Shown here piece after piece: positions 26,633 to 38,342 of a DNA stretch of 64,000 nucleotides. Below the pieces are notes generated by a model that did no database searches, was not told where the DNA came from, and worked only from the letters and a program-made list of their open reading frames with translations. Origin of the DNA: Macrostomum hystrix (taxonomy: Eukaryota; Animalia; Platyhelminthes); contig CATNEN010000038.1 of the NCBI GenBank assembly GCA_950097015.1, positions 434,001 through 498,000 on the forward strand. Direction: 5' to 3'. Each line of letters begins with the position of its first letter. Position 1 is the stretch's first letter. The translations under genes were made by a program, and so were the position numbers.

Positions 26633-29600
26633 AATACTTAATGACGCCATTTTTTGCTAGATGAAAACTGAGTTTTGCTTCGATATGATCTCGAGTGCAA
26701 TACACACACAAAATAATTATGTAAAGGGACTTGTTTTTGTCGTAATGAACATTTTATAATAATTACCCTCTCCTATCCGAGTACAAAATCATCTTTTAAT
26801 ACCTTACTACGCAATCTCGCTTTCTTTACTTTCAATCATCAAGTCATTTACCTATTTTTACTCTACATTAAATCAGTGGGATGAACTCTCGCTGCGTTTT
26901 TTAACGCATTGTTGGCTGAACTGAGTTAAAGCAAAGTCTTATTTGACTTCGATGGCGAAAAGATGAGATATGAGAGATTGAGCTTTATAAATTTGCGGCC
27001 GAATCTGGCTGCCGGCTCTCGAGCTTTCCCACCGCTTCTTTGAAGCTTCTGCAAACAAAAGGGGCATGCACGCAAGCAAGAAAGTCTGTTAAGTACCTTA
27101 AAACCTTAGTACCTTAGTGCCTTAAGGTAAAAAACCTTATAGTGCGAATGCCGACGAAAGTTCACTCGTTTTAGTTTATACATTCCGCTACATACACAAA
27201 TATTTGCAGCTCAGCCCACGACTTCACTTTCATAATCTTGGAACACTAATAGTTAGCACAAAGACACACACACACACAAATAAGTAGTCCTTGCATGATA
27301 TAAGTAACAAAAATTAACGAACTCGACAAAGTTTCGCATATTTACGTGTTGTAGATAATCTAGAAATCTAGGCCATCTATGGGTGCTGATTTTTTCCTTT
27401 ATATATTTTTGCCAACAAACTTTTTAATGAACAACGAAAAACTTAAAAAGCGAAGTTTTTTAGGATTCAACTATTGAGCAGGGAAGGGAAAAGCAAAGGT
27501 ATTCAAAATAAGAGCAGTAAAAACACAAGGGACGCCAGGAATAAAAAATATGAAATATATATTGTTAAAAGTTAATGTATTAGTTCTTGATGTGTTAATA
27601 CAGATTAATGGCTTAGGAAAACCGTCTGTTCAAATAATATATTAATTAATTAGATTTTTATTCTGTAATATAATTAATTGTAATTGTAATCGACTATAAA
27701 GAACTTTTCCAACGAAAATTTGTATCTTTCCGAGGCATGCTTATACCGGTCGCGAGGTTTGATCGAACTGACACTTTGAATTAATTACTGTTTGACATAG
27801 CGCGTGTATAATAACAAACTCTGTAACTCTTCTGCGACTCTTCTGCGCTTGTTGCGCTGATGAGATCGCCCGACAAGTTTATTTAATTTAAAAGAGTTTT
27901 AATTGCTACTCAAGCTTTAAATAAAGACAATATTTCAAAGGACACAAAGCATTGTTCATGGAAATTTCATGTACACATTGATCTATGAGAGTGATCATAT
28001 CACGTCATCACGAGTAGTTCGTGCATCTGTAAGTGCATGTGTGATGTTAGGCCCCTATACTAGCAATAATTTTTTTACTATTAAATAACCTTACAAAGAC
28101 CATAGGCCTATGCAAATCTGTGCTGGGATAAGTGTTAATTATAGCATAGCAGCCGTTCTCACTGATTTCCTTGCGGCGTATATAAATTTCTGTATTGTAT
28201 AATGTAAATCAAGGACCACTGGCTACGCTAGGCCTACCACTAGAAGATATCAAGGATATCAAGGACAATCTTATGCTAGTGGTCCTTGACCACTAGCGTA
28301 AGATATATATAATATATATATATATTTATATGCATATACTTGTACAAATATATAGTATATATGTATAAATATAGGGCCTATAGAGACTTTTTGCTGCATT
28401 TATAGTGAGACTATTGAATTAGCTCTATACCAGGGCCTATATGCCTACAGACTGTTATGTACAATATACCTTAGTCTATAACCTATAGTAGCTAGCTAGC
28501 TATGCTTTGCAAATGCCCTTATTCAAGCCTTACTGGAAGCTAGCTAGGACAGAAGAATCATTAGGCCCCTAGTCTTAGGCCTGCCTTCCAACAAAAATAT
28601 GATCTTAAACATTTTTACCATCAATGTGGTGCTAGTACTAGACCCTTACTACTTGATAGCTTACTACTTGATAGCTAACTTTGCATGTGTTATACATAAA
28701 TAACTCTTTGACTTTAACAAGGAAATTAAAAGAATTAAAAAAGCTAATGTCGTGTAGGCCTAGGCTCTAGCTAGGCCTGATTGGCATAGGGCTTATTTTT
28801 GTAATTATTCCTAGCATATTAGGAACTAATAGGCCCTAAGGGTTAGCTGGTTGGCTTAAAGTTAGGCCTATGTTATTGTTCCTCTTAGCTAGCTAGTCTC
28901 ACTTGGCCACTATTTGTTAGGCCTATTCTTATGCAGCTAAACAAAATTAGATTTGGACAGTTATTTTCTCCTTTTATAATATTATACAATATAATCAGAT
29001 CATAAATGATTTTGCCACTATAGCCAATGCTTTAGAGTCTGACCAAGTACTCAATTTGCCATGTATCAAGGAATAATTATTCCTTAATTATTATTCTATT
29101 AATAATAATCCAATTCTAAATCCAATCCAAATCCAAGGGAATAAACTATTATGCATAGTTATTTGTTAATATTCTATGCTAAAGTTAATGCTGATCTGAT
29201 GCTTAGATATAGGAAATCCAATAGGAGTACATAGGCCTAGTACATACAAATTTATATTGTATAGTCCTTGCCCACATTTATTTTTCCTGATATAGCCATT
29301 TCACTTTTAGGAAATGCAATGAAATGAATAAGAATGTCTTATTTTAGTAGTAATATAAGCTATGAACATGTGAGAGATTAAGGACAGAGGCCTATTTGTA
29401 GATGTAAAACAGTAAGCAGTAAAATAGACAAGCCAGAGGTCTGAAAATGAGATAAACTATATATTACTTGGCTACTTGTCTCAAATTACTCAACTTGACC
29501 AAGTAATACTTTACTGAGTACTTGACTCAACCAAAAACCAGGCTCAGTTGGACTCTATGCCTTTCTATATAAATTGAACTTTCACATTCTCCTTAGTAGG

Positions 29601-30175
29601 TCCAATTGACTCATTCATCCTGTTATTATTTTCTTAAATAAAGGATAATTATTCTTATTCATATTGAATGCTAATGTTTGATAATTATATCAGGAAACAT
29701 AAATATGTTGTCTGGCTTTTTAGAAATAGGAAGTAGCCATTTTGATTAAACTTTAAAATCAATAAATTTCTCAGCTTTAAAGACAATTTTATGACATTTT
29801 TTCATATTATTAAATAAAAAATATTTGGCTTAAAAACATAATATCATCCATCTTGGTACCCAACATGCAAAAGTATTGCATATTTTCTACATGATTTTAA
29901 TACAGAAGCAATTAGTGTTTTATTTACTATAAGTTCATTATTTACAAGCTCATTGAGTCCTTAAAAAGACTAGACTAATGAAGCTTTTTGTTGCATCAAG
30001 CGTCATACATCTTATTTGATTGTAGCAAATAAAAAGCTAACAACAACTTTCCAGCAATCCCATAAGAACTTCACTTCCGATATCTTTTAGTTCAGTGTGA
30101 ACTTTAAGAAAAGTCTAAGCACTTCTTTGATCACTTTGAAAATCGATAATCTGTCGGATTAGCAGCTGGACAACA

Positions 30176-30208
30176 ATGGAAAGCCAGGCTTCCAAACCTC
30201 AGCAGCCT

Positions 30209-30251
<43 letters not shown>

Positions 30252-33200
30252 CACTGCCGCCGCCACCAAAGCGTCGCTACTGGAGCAACCGGCTGGATTA
30301 TATCAAGCGCGTCGCTTTGCCAGCCTTGATGAAACTGCCCAACTCGTGGCCATTTAAAACTCCAGTGGATCCCGTTAGGCTTGGCATACCGGATTATCCT
30401 AGAATTGTGCTCAAACCGATGGATTTGGGAACTGTGAAAAATCGTTTAAATAGCGGCAAGTTCTACCAGCATGGCCAGGACTGCATTGACGACATCAACA
30501 GCATCTTTCTGAACTGCTTCATATTCAACAAGCCCGGCGAAGATGTTGTGTACATGGCCGAGGCTGTTGAAGCAGTTTTTCGCGACAAAATGCGCAACTG
30601 CCCGTCCAACGAGCTGGAGCTGCATAGTGGTGGCAATTCATCTAGCTATCACCACGGCAGCAAGCACCAGCTCAACCATCACCACCATCATCACCATCGC
30701 GATCATCCAACTATAAAGCGCAAAGCCGCTTCATTTGGCGGCAACTCAGCTGTTTCGTCAATATCGCCTCAGTCCGACTTCAAGAAGCCGAAGCTGCTGC
30801 CATCGCCGCCAGTGTCGATTGCTCCTTCAAATGGCTGGGCCGCCTCTGTGCCCGAGCACTTGAGACCATGTGCTCAGCTGCTCAAGGAGCTCGCCTCGGT
30901 TAGACTGAAGGCGAGTCAAAATTTGTTACGCGTCAAAGCAATATCTAACATGTTATACTGAACTGTCTAACAGATACCAGCAATAACTAACGTGTTACAG
31001 ATCTGTCTAACAGATACCAACAATATCTAACATGTTACAGATCTGTCTAACAGATACCAGCAATAACTAACGTGTTACAGATCTGTCTAACAGATACCAG
31101 CAATAACTAACGTGTTACAGATCTGTCTAACAGATACCAGCAATAACTAACGTGTTACAGATCTGTCTAACAGATACCAGCAATAACTAACGTGTTACAG
31201 ATCTGTCTAACAGATACCAACAATATCTAACGCGTTACAGATCTGTCTAACAGATACCAGCAATATCTAACATGTTACAGATCTGTCTAACAGAAACCAA
31301 CAATAACTAACATGTTACAGATCTGTCTAACAGATACCAACAATATCTAACGTGTTACAGATCTGTCTAACAGAAAATGGTACATGCGTCACACAAATTC
31401 ACGAAATGTATATCTAGCATAATGAGAACAATTATTTTTACGGGGCTTGTAATCACTGGCACATCATTTAGCAACAATCGGCCTGCAGCTAGCGAGCAGG
31501 CAAATGTGCACATTCCACTGACCCCCAAGCAAACACGAAAAGCTTTTAAAAACGGCCCATTTAAGGGCCACCACACAAAAAACACGGGCAAGATAGGAAA
31601 GTAGCGGTTTTTTATTTTTATTTATTGCTGCATCCGATCATCACAGGCCATCAGCTGGCCATTCCTGGAGCCGGTAGATGTTGTCGGTCTCGGTCTAACC
31701 GACTATCTGGACATTGTCAGCCAGCCGATGGATCTATCCACAATGCGCAAGAAGCTTGAGTCGGGTGCCTACTCGGATGTTGAGCAATTCTCGGCAGATT
31801 TCCATCTCATGCTGAACAACTGCTTCAAGTACAATCCGCCCCAGACTGATGTGCACCGGCTTGGCAAAGATTTGCTCAAATATTTTAATGAACACTTTCC
31901 TAAGCTGTGCCTGGCTCACAAGCAGAAACTTTTGCAACAGCAGCATCAGCTGAAGCAGCAGGCAGCTATGGCACCACCACCGCCGCCACCTCCGCCAGCG
32001 TCAACGCCATCGTTAGCTTCGTCTCTGCAGCTGCCGCCAACGCCGGCCACTGTGGTGGCCTCTCCAGCTGATATGGCCCGAGTCCGCGAGCTCACGATGC
32101 GGGTTGAGGAGCTGTTTGCTCAGGTGAGCACCGCTTGATTCTCCCGGATCCCTAATTTCGGATCCTTCGCGTATCCCCATGCGCAATATAGGGATAATTC
32201 CCTACGCATTACTTTTTAGAGATAAGTGTTTATCTCACATCCTCATTTTGGGATAATTGCAAATCCTCTTCTATACTATAACTCTAGGATGATTCACATA
32301 CCAAATTCTCATGCCGACTCAAACAGTTGCCATTAGCAACAAGCATCCGATCCCCGTCCCAGATGAAATCCTGCGTTGACGACATTCGCTCCGTGCTGTC
32401 CGCGCGCCAGTTTCACGTGCCGCCGCCGCCGCAGATTCCTCTTTCCGCTGCGCTGTCTGTCTCAGCGGCTGTGGCCGCAGCTTCAGCATCCGGATCTGTG
32501 CCGGGCGGCGGTGTTCTGAGCAGCCTACTCACCGGTGCCTCCGGCCCGCCGCCGGTGAAAAAGCAGCGGCGCAGGCGGCAGACCGTCGCTCCGACGCCGT
32601 CGCAACCGGCTTCTGCGACGCCATCAAATAATTCATCGTCGGCTGTGTCCAATTCGACATCAGCCTCGTTGACTCCGTCCTCGGCAACGCCGAATATAGC
32701 GGCGCAGGTCACGGCGGGCGCTCCAAATCCAACTCCGAAGATAAAGCGTCCTAAAATGACTTTGTCCAATGCTAACAATGGCAACAATGGCACGGAGCCT
32801 AAGAAGCGCGGCAGGAAACCTGCTGCTGCTGCTGCCGCTGCTGCTGTTACTGCTGCTGCTGTTACTGCTGCTGCTGCACCCGCTGCAGCCACCGGCGCCG
32901 CAGCTCCGGTCGATTCGGCGGCCACTTTATACCCGGCTGTCAATGCCGCTAGCTTGTCTGCTCCGCTGCAGCCGCAGGAGATCTTGCCGATGTCCTACGA
33001 CGAGAAGCGACAATTATCAGTGGACATCAACAACCTGCCTGGCGAGAGGCTCGGCCGAGTGGTGCAAATCATTCAACAGCGGGAGCCCACACTGAGGGAT
33101 TCAAATCCGGACGAGATAGAAATTGATTTTGAAACCCTTCAGCATGCCACTCTCAGGGAGCTTGAGCGCTACGTTAAGTCTGTGCAAGCTTCTTTGGCAC

Positions 33201-34496
33201 CTGTGCCGATGCCTCCGCAGCAGCAGCAGCAGCTACCGCCTCCTCACCCAGTTTTGCCTCAGCAGCAGCCACAGCCAGCTGCTCGACCACCAGTTGGTAG
33301 GCGAGTTCCTTGCAAGCGAGGTGCGTTCCCAATGCCTTATAATAATTCCATTTAGTTAACTTGATTTAGGTAAGACAAAAGCGATGGGAAATGGGAAAGA
33401 TTCGACACGGGGAGATGAGACACTCGAGAGATATGCTTGCATACTCGTATACAGCACAGGTGACATAAGACAGGGAAGAGTTTAAACGCTGGAGAGAATA
33501 GAGATGGTACAGAAGATATGAGATACAAGGAGAGATTAGAGATGAGAGAGAATATATGAGATACAAGGAGAGATAAGAGATGAGAGAGAATATATGAGAT
33601 ACAAGGAGAGATAAGAGATGAGACAGAAGATATGAGATACAAGGAGAGATAAGAGGTCAGACAGGAAGAGATGAGATACAAGGAGAGATAAGAGGTGAGA
33701 CAGAAGAGATCACATACAAGGAGAGATAAGAGATAAGACAGGAAGGTATGAGATACAAGCAGAGATTAGAGATGAGACAGAAGATATGATATACAAGAAG
33801 AGATTAGAGATAAGACAGAAGATATGAGATACAAGGAGAGATGAGAGATAAGTCAGGAAAAGATGGGATACAAGGAGAGATAAGAGATGAGATACACGGA
33901 GAGATAAGAGATGAGACAGAAAGAGATGAGATACACGGAGAGATAAGAGATGAGACAGAAAGAGATGAGATACAAGGAGAGATTAGAGATGAGACAGGAA
34001 GAGATGAGATACAAGGAGAGATTAGAGATGAGACAGGAAGAGATGAGATACAAGGAGAGATACGAGGGAGACAGGAAGAGATGAGATACAAGGAGAGATT
34101 AAAGATGAGACAGGAAGAGATGAGATACAAGGAGAGATTAGAGATGAGACAGGAAGAGATGAGATACAAGGAGAGATTAAAGATGAGACAGGAAGAGATG
34201 AGATACACGGAGAGATAAGAGGTGAGACAGAAGAGATGAGATACAAGGAGAGATGAGATGGTACAGGGGGATATATATCAGACAGGAGAGTCTGGGGGCG
34301 TCGGAAATGGTTGTATGGACATATTATCAGCTGGCTGGCTAGTTACTAACCACAAACTTAAGCATCGTCTGTGACAAAAAACTCTCGAACCTGTTTCATT
34401 TCAGTTGTCAGCTCGTCAAGCAGCTCGTCCAGCTCAGATTCGTCAACAAGCGGCAGCGAGTCAGACAGCAGCGGCAGCGAATCCGGCTCCCCCTGA
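30176..34496 (+). CDS. BRD2/3/4: BET-family bromodomain protein with BD1, BD2, ET and SEED (about 750 aa; exons 30176-30910, 31647-32123, 32363-33320, 34405-34496)
   Basis: BD1 SWPFKTPVD...PMDLGTVK...[11 protein letters not shown]2 [11 protein letters not shown]...[11 protein letters not shown]...[38 protein letters not shown]...EIEIDFETL. Last exon [29 protein letters not shown] (SEED). The exon 3 donor could alternatively be at 33297 (same phase). Confidence 0.93.
30938..31374. repeat. 40-bp intronic minisatellite, about 11 copies (ATCTGTCTAACAGATACCAGCAATAACTAACGTGTTACAG)
   Basis: Directly visible. Confidence 0.96.
33500..34260. repeat. Purine-rich 38-40-bp degenerate intronic minisatellite (GAGATACAAGGAGAGATAAGAGATGAGACAG...)
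   Basis: Directly visible in BET intron 3. Confidence 0.9.
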
Positions 34497-35852
34497 TGCT
34501 GATTGGGTGTCTGAAACTGATTTTACTGATCGTGTATTTTTAAACAAACTGGAAATAGTCTTGACTTTCTGTTTTTTACAATTTTACAGTCTACTATGCA
34601 AGTAGTATATGCCGCTTTTCCTGTTTTTTAAGTCGCTAATTATCTTGATGATGAAATTGGAAATCTTACAAATGCTTGTGTATGATTAAGAAAAGTACTT
34701 TTACCCTATGAGAATTTTATAAGCTTTTAAAACAATAATTTTTGCTTTATTTTTAGACTCAATAGGTTTGTGCTGTTTCTCTGTTTTCAGAATTGTATAT
34801 AAAGTTTTCTGATAGGAATTTTCTTGGAACCACTGGAGCCCAATGTACATACTAGCAAATTTGTGACAGTGTCGTATTTTATCCTTCTCTTGAAATCCAA
34901 AGCTAAACCATTCATTTTTGCGCAAATTAGCCTACTTTAAGTAGGGCGGTTAAAATATTGCGTAGAAAATCGAATTGCTATTGACCTGCTTCTATATGTG
35001 TACAGTGCCCTGCGCTTATGAAATTGTATTGCGTTATTTGATTTTAGCATCTATGCATGAATTTTGTGACTAATTTAAGCACAGCTTTGTTATAGTGCAT
35101 CCAGCATTACTAGTTACTTTCCTCGCTATATGCTTGTTAGTAGTGTGTTCAGTCTGTTATACATTGCCGACTGAGTTTTGTTGTACTTTAATTGTGCACT
35201 GTTTAAGTGTGAAATCTTTGCAATTTAATAATTGCTGTGCTTTTACCGATTGCACGCGCAAGACTGCAATTTAAATGTTTAGAATGTGACTCTGCAGAAA
35301 TATTTCTTCTGATTTAAAAGTTTTAGGACTCCGTATTTGGGATTAAGGACTTTTTAGAATTTGGGATTTAAGAGGACCTAAATTTTAAAGCTGCCAGTTG
35401 CGTAACAAGTTGACTCACTTATGTCTTTGAAGCATCGCCTTTTTTATTAGCGTCCTGAACGCTCTCACTCAATTCAATTTTCAACTTTTACCTGCTATTG
35501 CATTAATTAGTCAACCCGTCTCAGTTACCTGTCATTCTGCTTCATGCTGTCATTTCACTTTCAGCTTGTTGATTTTCCCATTTAGCTTATAGAAGACACC
35601 ATGCTAGGCGTGTTGGCTTTATCCATCACCGAGTTGTTCGTCTATTAAAACATACAATGAGACGTGCGGTTCACATGTTCGTTTGTGCAGCTCTTTTTGT
35701 GCAGTGTTTTATCTTCTATTTGTAAATGCCCCTATACAATACAATGAGACTTTTATCTGGCTTTTAGTAGTTTATTATTATTTGCAATAAGCGAATCCGT
35801 CCCAAGTTTTTTAGACAACGTCCAAGTTATGACGACGATACAATGACGATTC

Positions 35853-37268
35853 TTGAGTCGCTACAGAGACACCTGAGTAGTTTGAGACACTTGAGTCGCT
35901 ACACAGACACCTGAGTAGTTTGAGACAATTGAGTCGCTACAGAGACACCTGAGTAGTTTGAGACACTTGAGTCGCTACAGAGACACCTGAGTAGTTTGAG
36001 ACACTTGAGTCGCTACAGAGACACCTGAGTAGTTTGAGACAATTGAGTCGCTACAGATACACCTGAGTAGTTTGAGACAGTTGAGTCGCTACAGAGACAC
36101 CCGAGTAGTTTGAGACAGTTGAGTCGCTACAGAGACACCTGAGTAGTTTGAGACACTTGAGTCGCTACAGAGACACCCGAGTAGTTTGAGACAGTTGAGT
36201 CGCTACAGAGACACCCGAGTAGTTTGAGACACTTGAGTCGCTACAGAGACACCTGAGTAGTTTGAGACAATTGAGTCGCTACAGAGACACCTGAGTAGTT
36301 TGAGACAGTTGAGTCGCTACAGAGACACCCGAGTAGTTTGAGACAGTTGAGTCGCTACAGAGACACCTGAGTAGTTTGAGACACTTGAGTCGCTACAGAG
36401 ACACCTGAGTAGTTTGAGACACTTGAGTCGCTACAGAGACACCTGAGTAGTTTGAGACAGTTGAGTCGCTACAGAGACACCCGAGTAGTTTGAGACAGTT
36501 GAGTCGCTACAGAGACACCTGAGTAGTTTGAGACACTTGAGTCGCTACAGAGACACCTGAGTAGTTTGAGACAGTTGAGTCGCTACAGAGACACCCGAGT
36601 AGTTTGAGACAGTTGAGTCGCTACAGAGACACCTGAGTAGTTTGAGACACTTGAGTCGCTACAGAGACACCTGAGTAGTTTGAGACAGTTGAGTCGCTAC
36701 AGAGACACCCGAGTAGTTTGAGACACTTGAGTCGCTACAGAGACACCTGAGTAGTTTGAGACAGTTGAGTCGCTACACAGGCACCTGAGTAGTTTGAGAC
36801 ACTTGAGTCGCTACACAGACACCTGAGTAGTTTGAGACACTTGAGTCGCTACACAGACACCCGAGTAGTTTGAGACACTTGAGTCGCTACAGAGACACCC
36901 GAGTAGTTTGAGACACTTGAGTCGCTACAGAGACACCCGAGTAGTTTGAGACACTTGAGTCGCTACAGAGACACCCGAGTAGTTTGAGACACTTGAGTCG
37001 CTACAGAGACACCCGAGTAGTTTGAGACACTTGAGTCGCTACAGAGACACCCGAGTAGTTTGAGACACTTGAGTCGCTACAGAGACACCTGAGTAGTTTG
37101 AGACACTTGAGTCGCTACAGAGACACCCGAGTAGTTTGAGACACTTGAGTCGCTACAGAGACACCCGAGTAGTTTGAGACACTTGAGTCGCTACAGAGAC
37201 ACCCGAGTAGTTTGAGACACTTGAGTCGCTACAGAGACACCCGAGTAGTTTGAGACACTTGAGTCGCT
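35853..37268. repeat. 38-bp satellite, about 37 copies, between the convergent BET and BPTF 3' ends
   Basis: TTGAGTCGCTACAGAGACACCYGAGTAGTTTGAGACAS in tandem. Confidence 0.98.
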
Positions 37269-38342
37269 TAGAACTAAAAACTAGGTTAAAATGAGAATGA
37301 GTATAGGTAAAACGAAGACAAAGGAGCCAAGTCTAGTATCGAGTTTATAGTTGGGTAAGCGAATCGCAGCAGTGACTGTAAGGCTGAATAGCAATGCATG
37401 TAAAAGCGTAGATTTGGCTACGCTAGAATGACAGCGTACATTTATTTGCTAATTGTTAATACACGCGGAGCTTAATTAGAGAGATAGATAGGAAAATAGC
37501 AATCGAATTAACGACAAGGACTTACAATTTGCACTAAATTAATGTAAGAGAATAGCAACAAGTAAGCATATAATATACAAATTCAAATAGCACACACCTA
37601 TCTACAAAATAGCTGCAATATAAGTTAAATTGGGAAGCTTTTCTAAGAAATCGATAATTTTATGGATATTTATAACTGGTCTAACTTTCAGGAATCGACT
37701 TTTCATGCCAGACAGGCCCACGTTATAGAAAAAGCATAAGAACGCTTGCGAGTTAAAAAAATTGCACAAAAACTTCGCAGCACGGAACAAACAAAACCGA
37801 CTACATAAAAATAGTTTTCTTACCTGCTAACAATAATGAAAGCTTAATTATAAAACCGTTGTTTACAACATTCACGAGCAAACAGATGAGCGGATGGGAA
37901 CATGCAGAGTCTAGAAGCATGTTTACAAACTGACAGCTTGCAATCAGATTAAAAAACTGCTGAGCAAATTAAATGCTTCAGCATTTAGAACAGTAAGTTA
38001 AAGGCTCATTGCGACTTAATAAAACAATATTTACATGTAACCGCTTAGGCAGACTGCCAGATGAATAACAAAATAACAATTTTGGGCACAGAAAATGCTT
38101 TATCAGGAAAGAAAAATCGTCACACGTTGAAATAGAAACAAACGCAAACAAGTACGTGCGTACCCAAGTAGGTGCGCTCCTAAGTACGCGCGTACCTCAG
38201 TACTAGAGAACCCAATTACGAATATTCAGTTCGCCAATGAACATTATTTTTCTAACGCTTGAAATACCTGTATGCATTAAAAGTGAGGTGCTTTTATTAC
38301 TACATACTACGAGCCACATACATCTGTACTTAAGTATGACGC

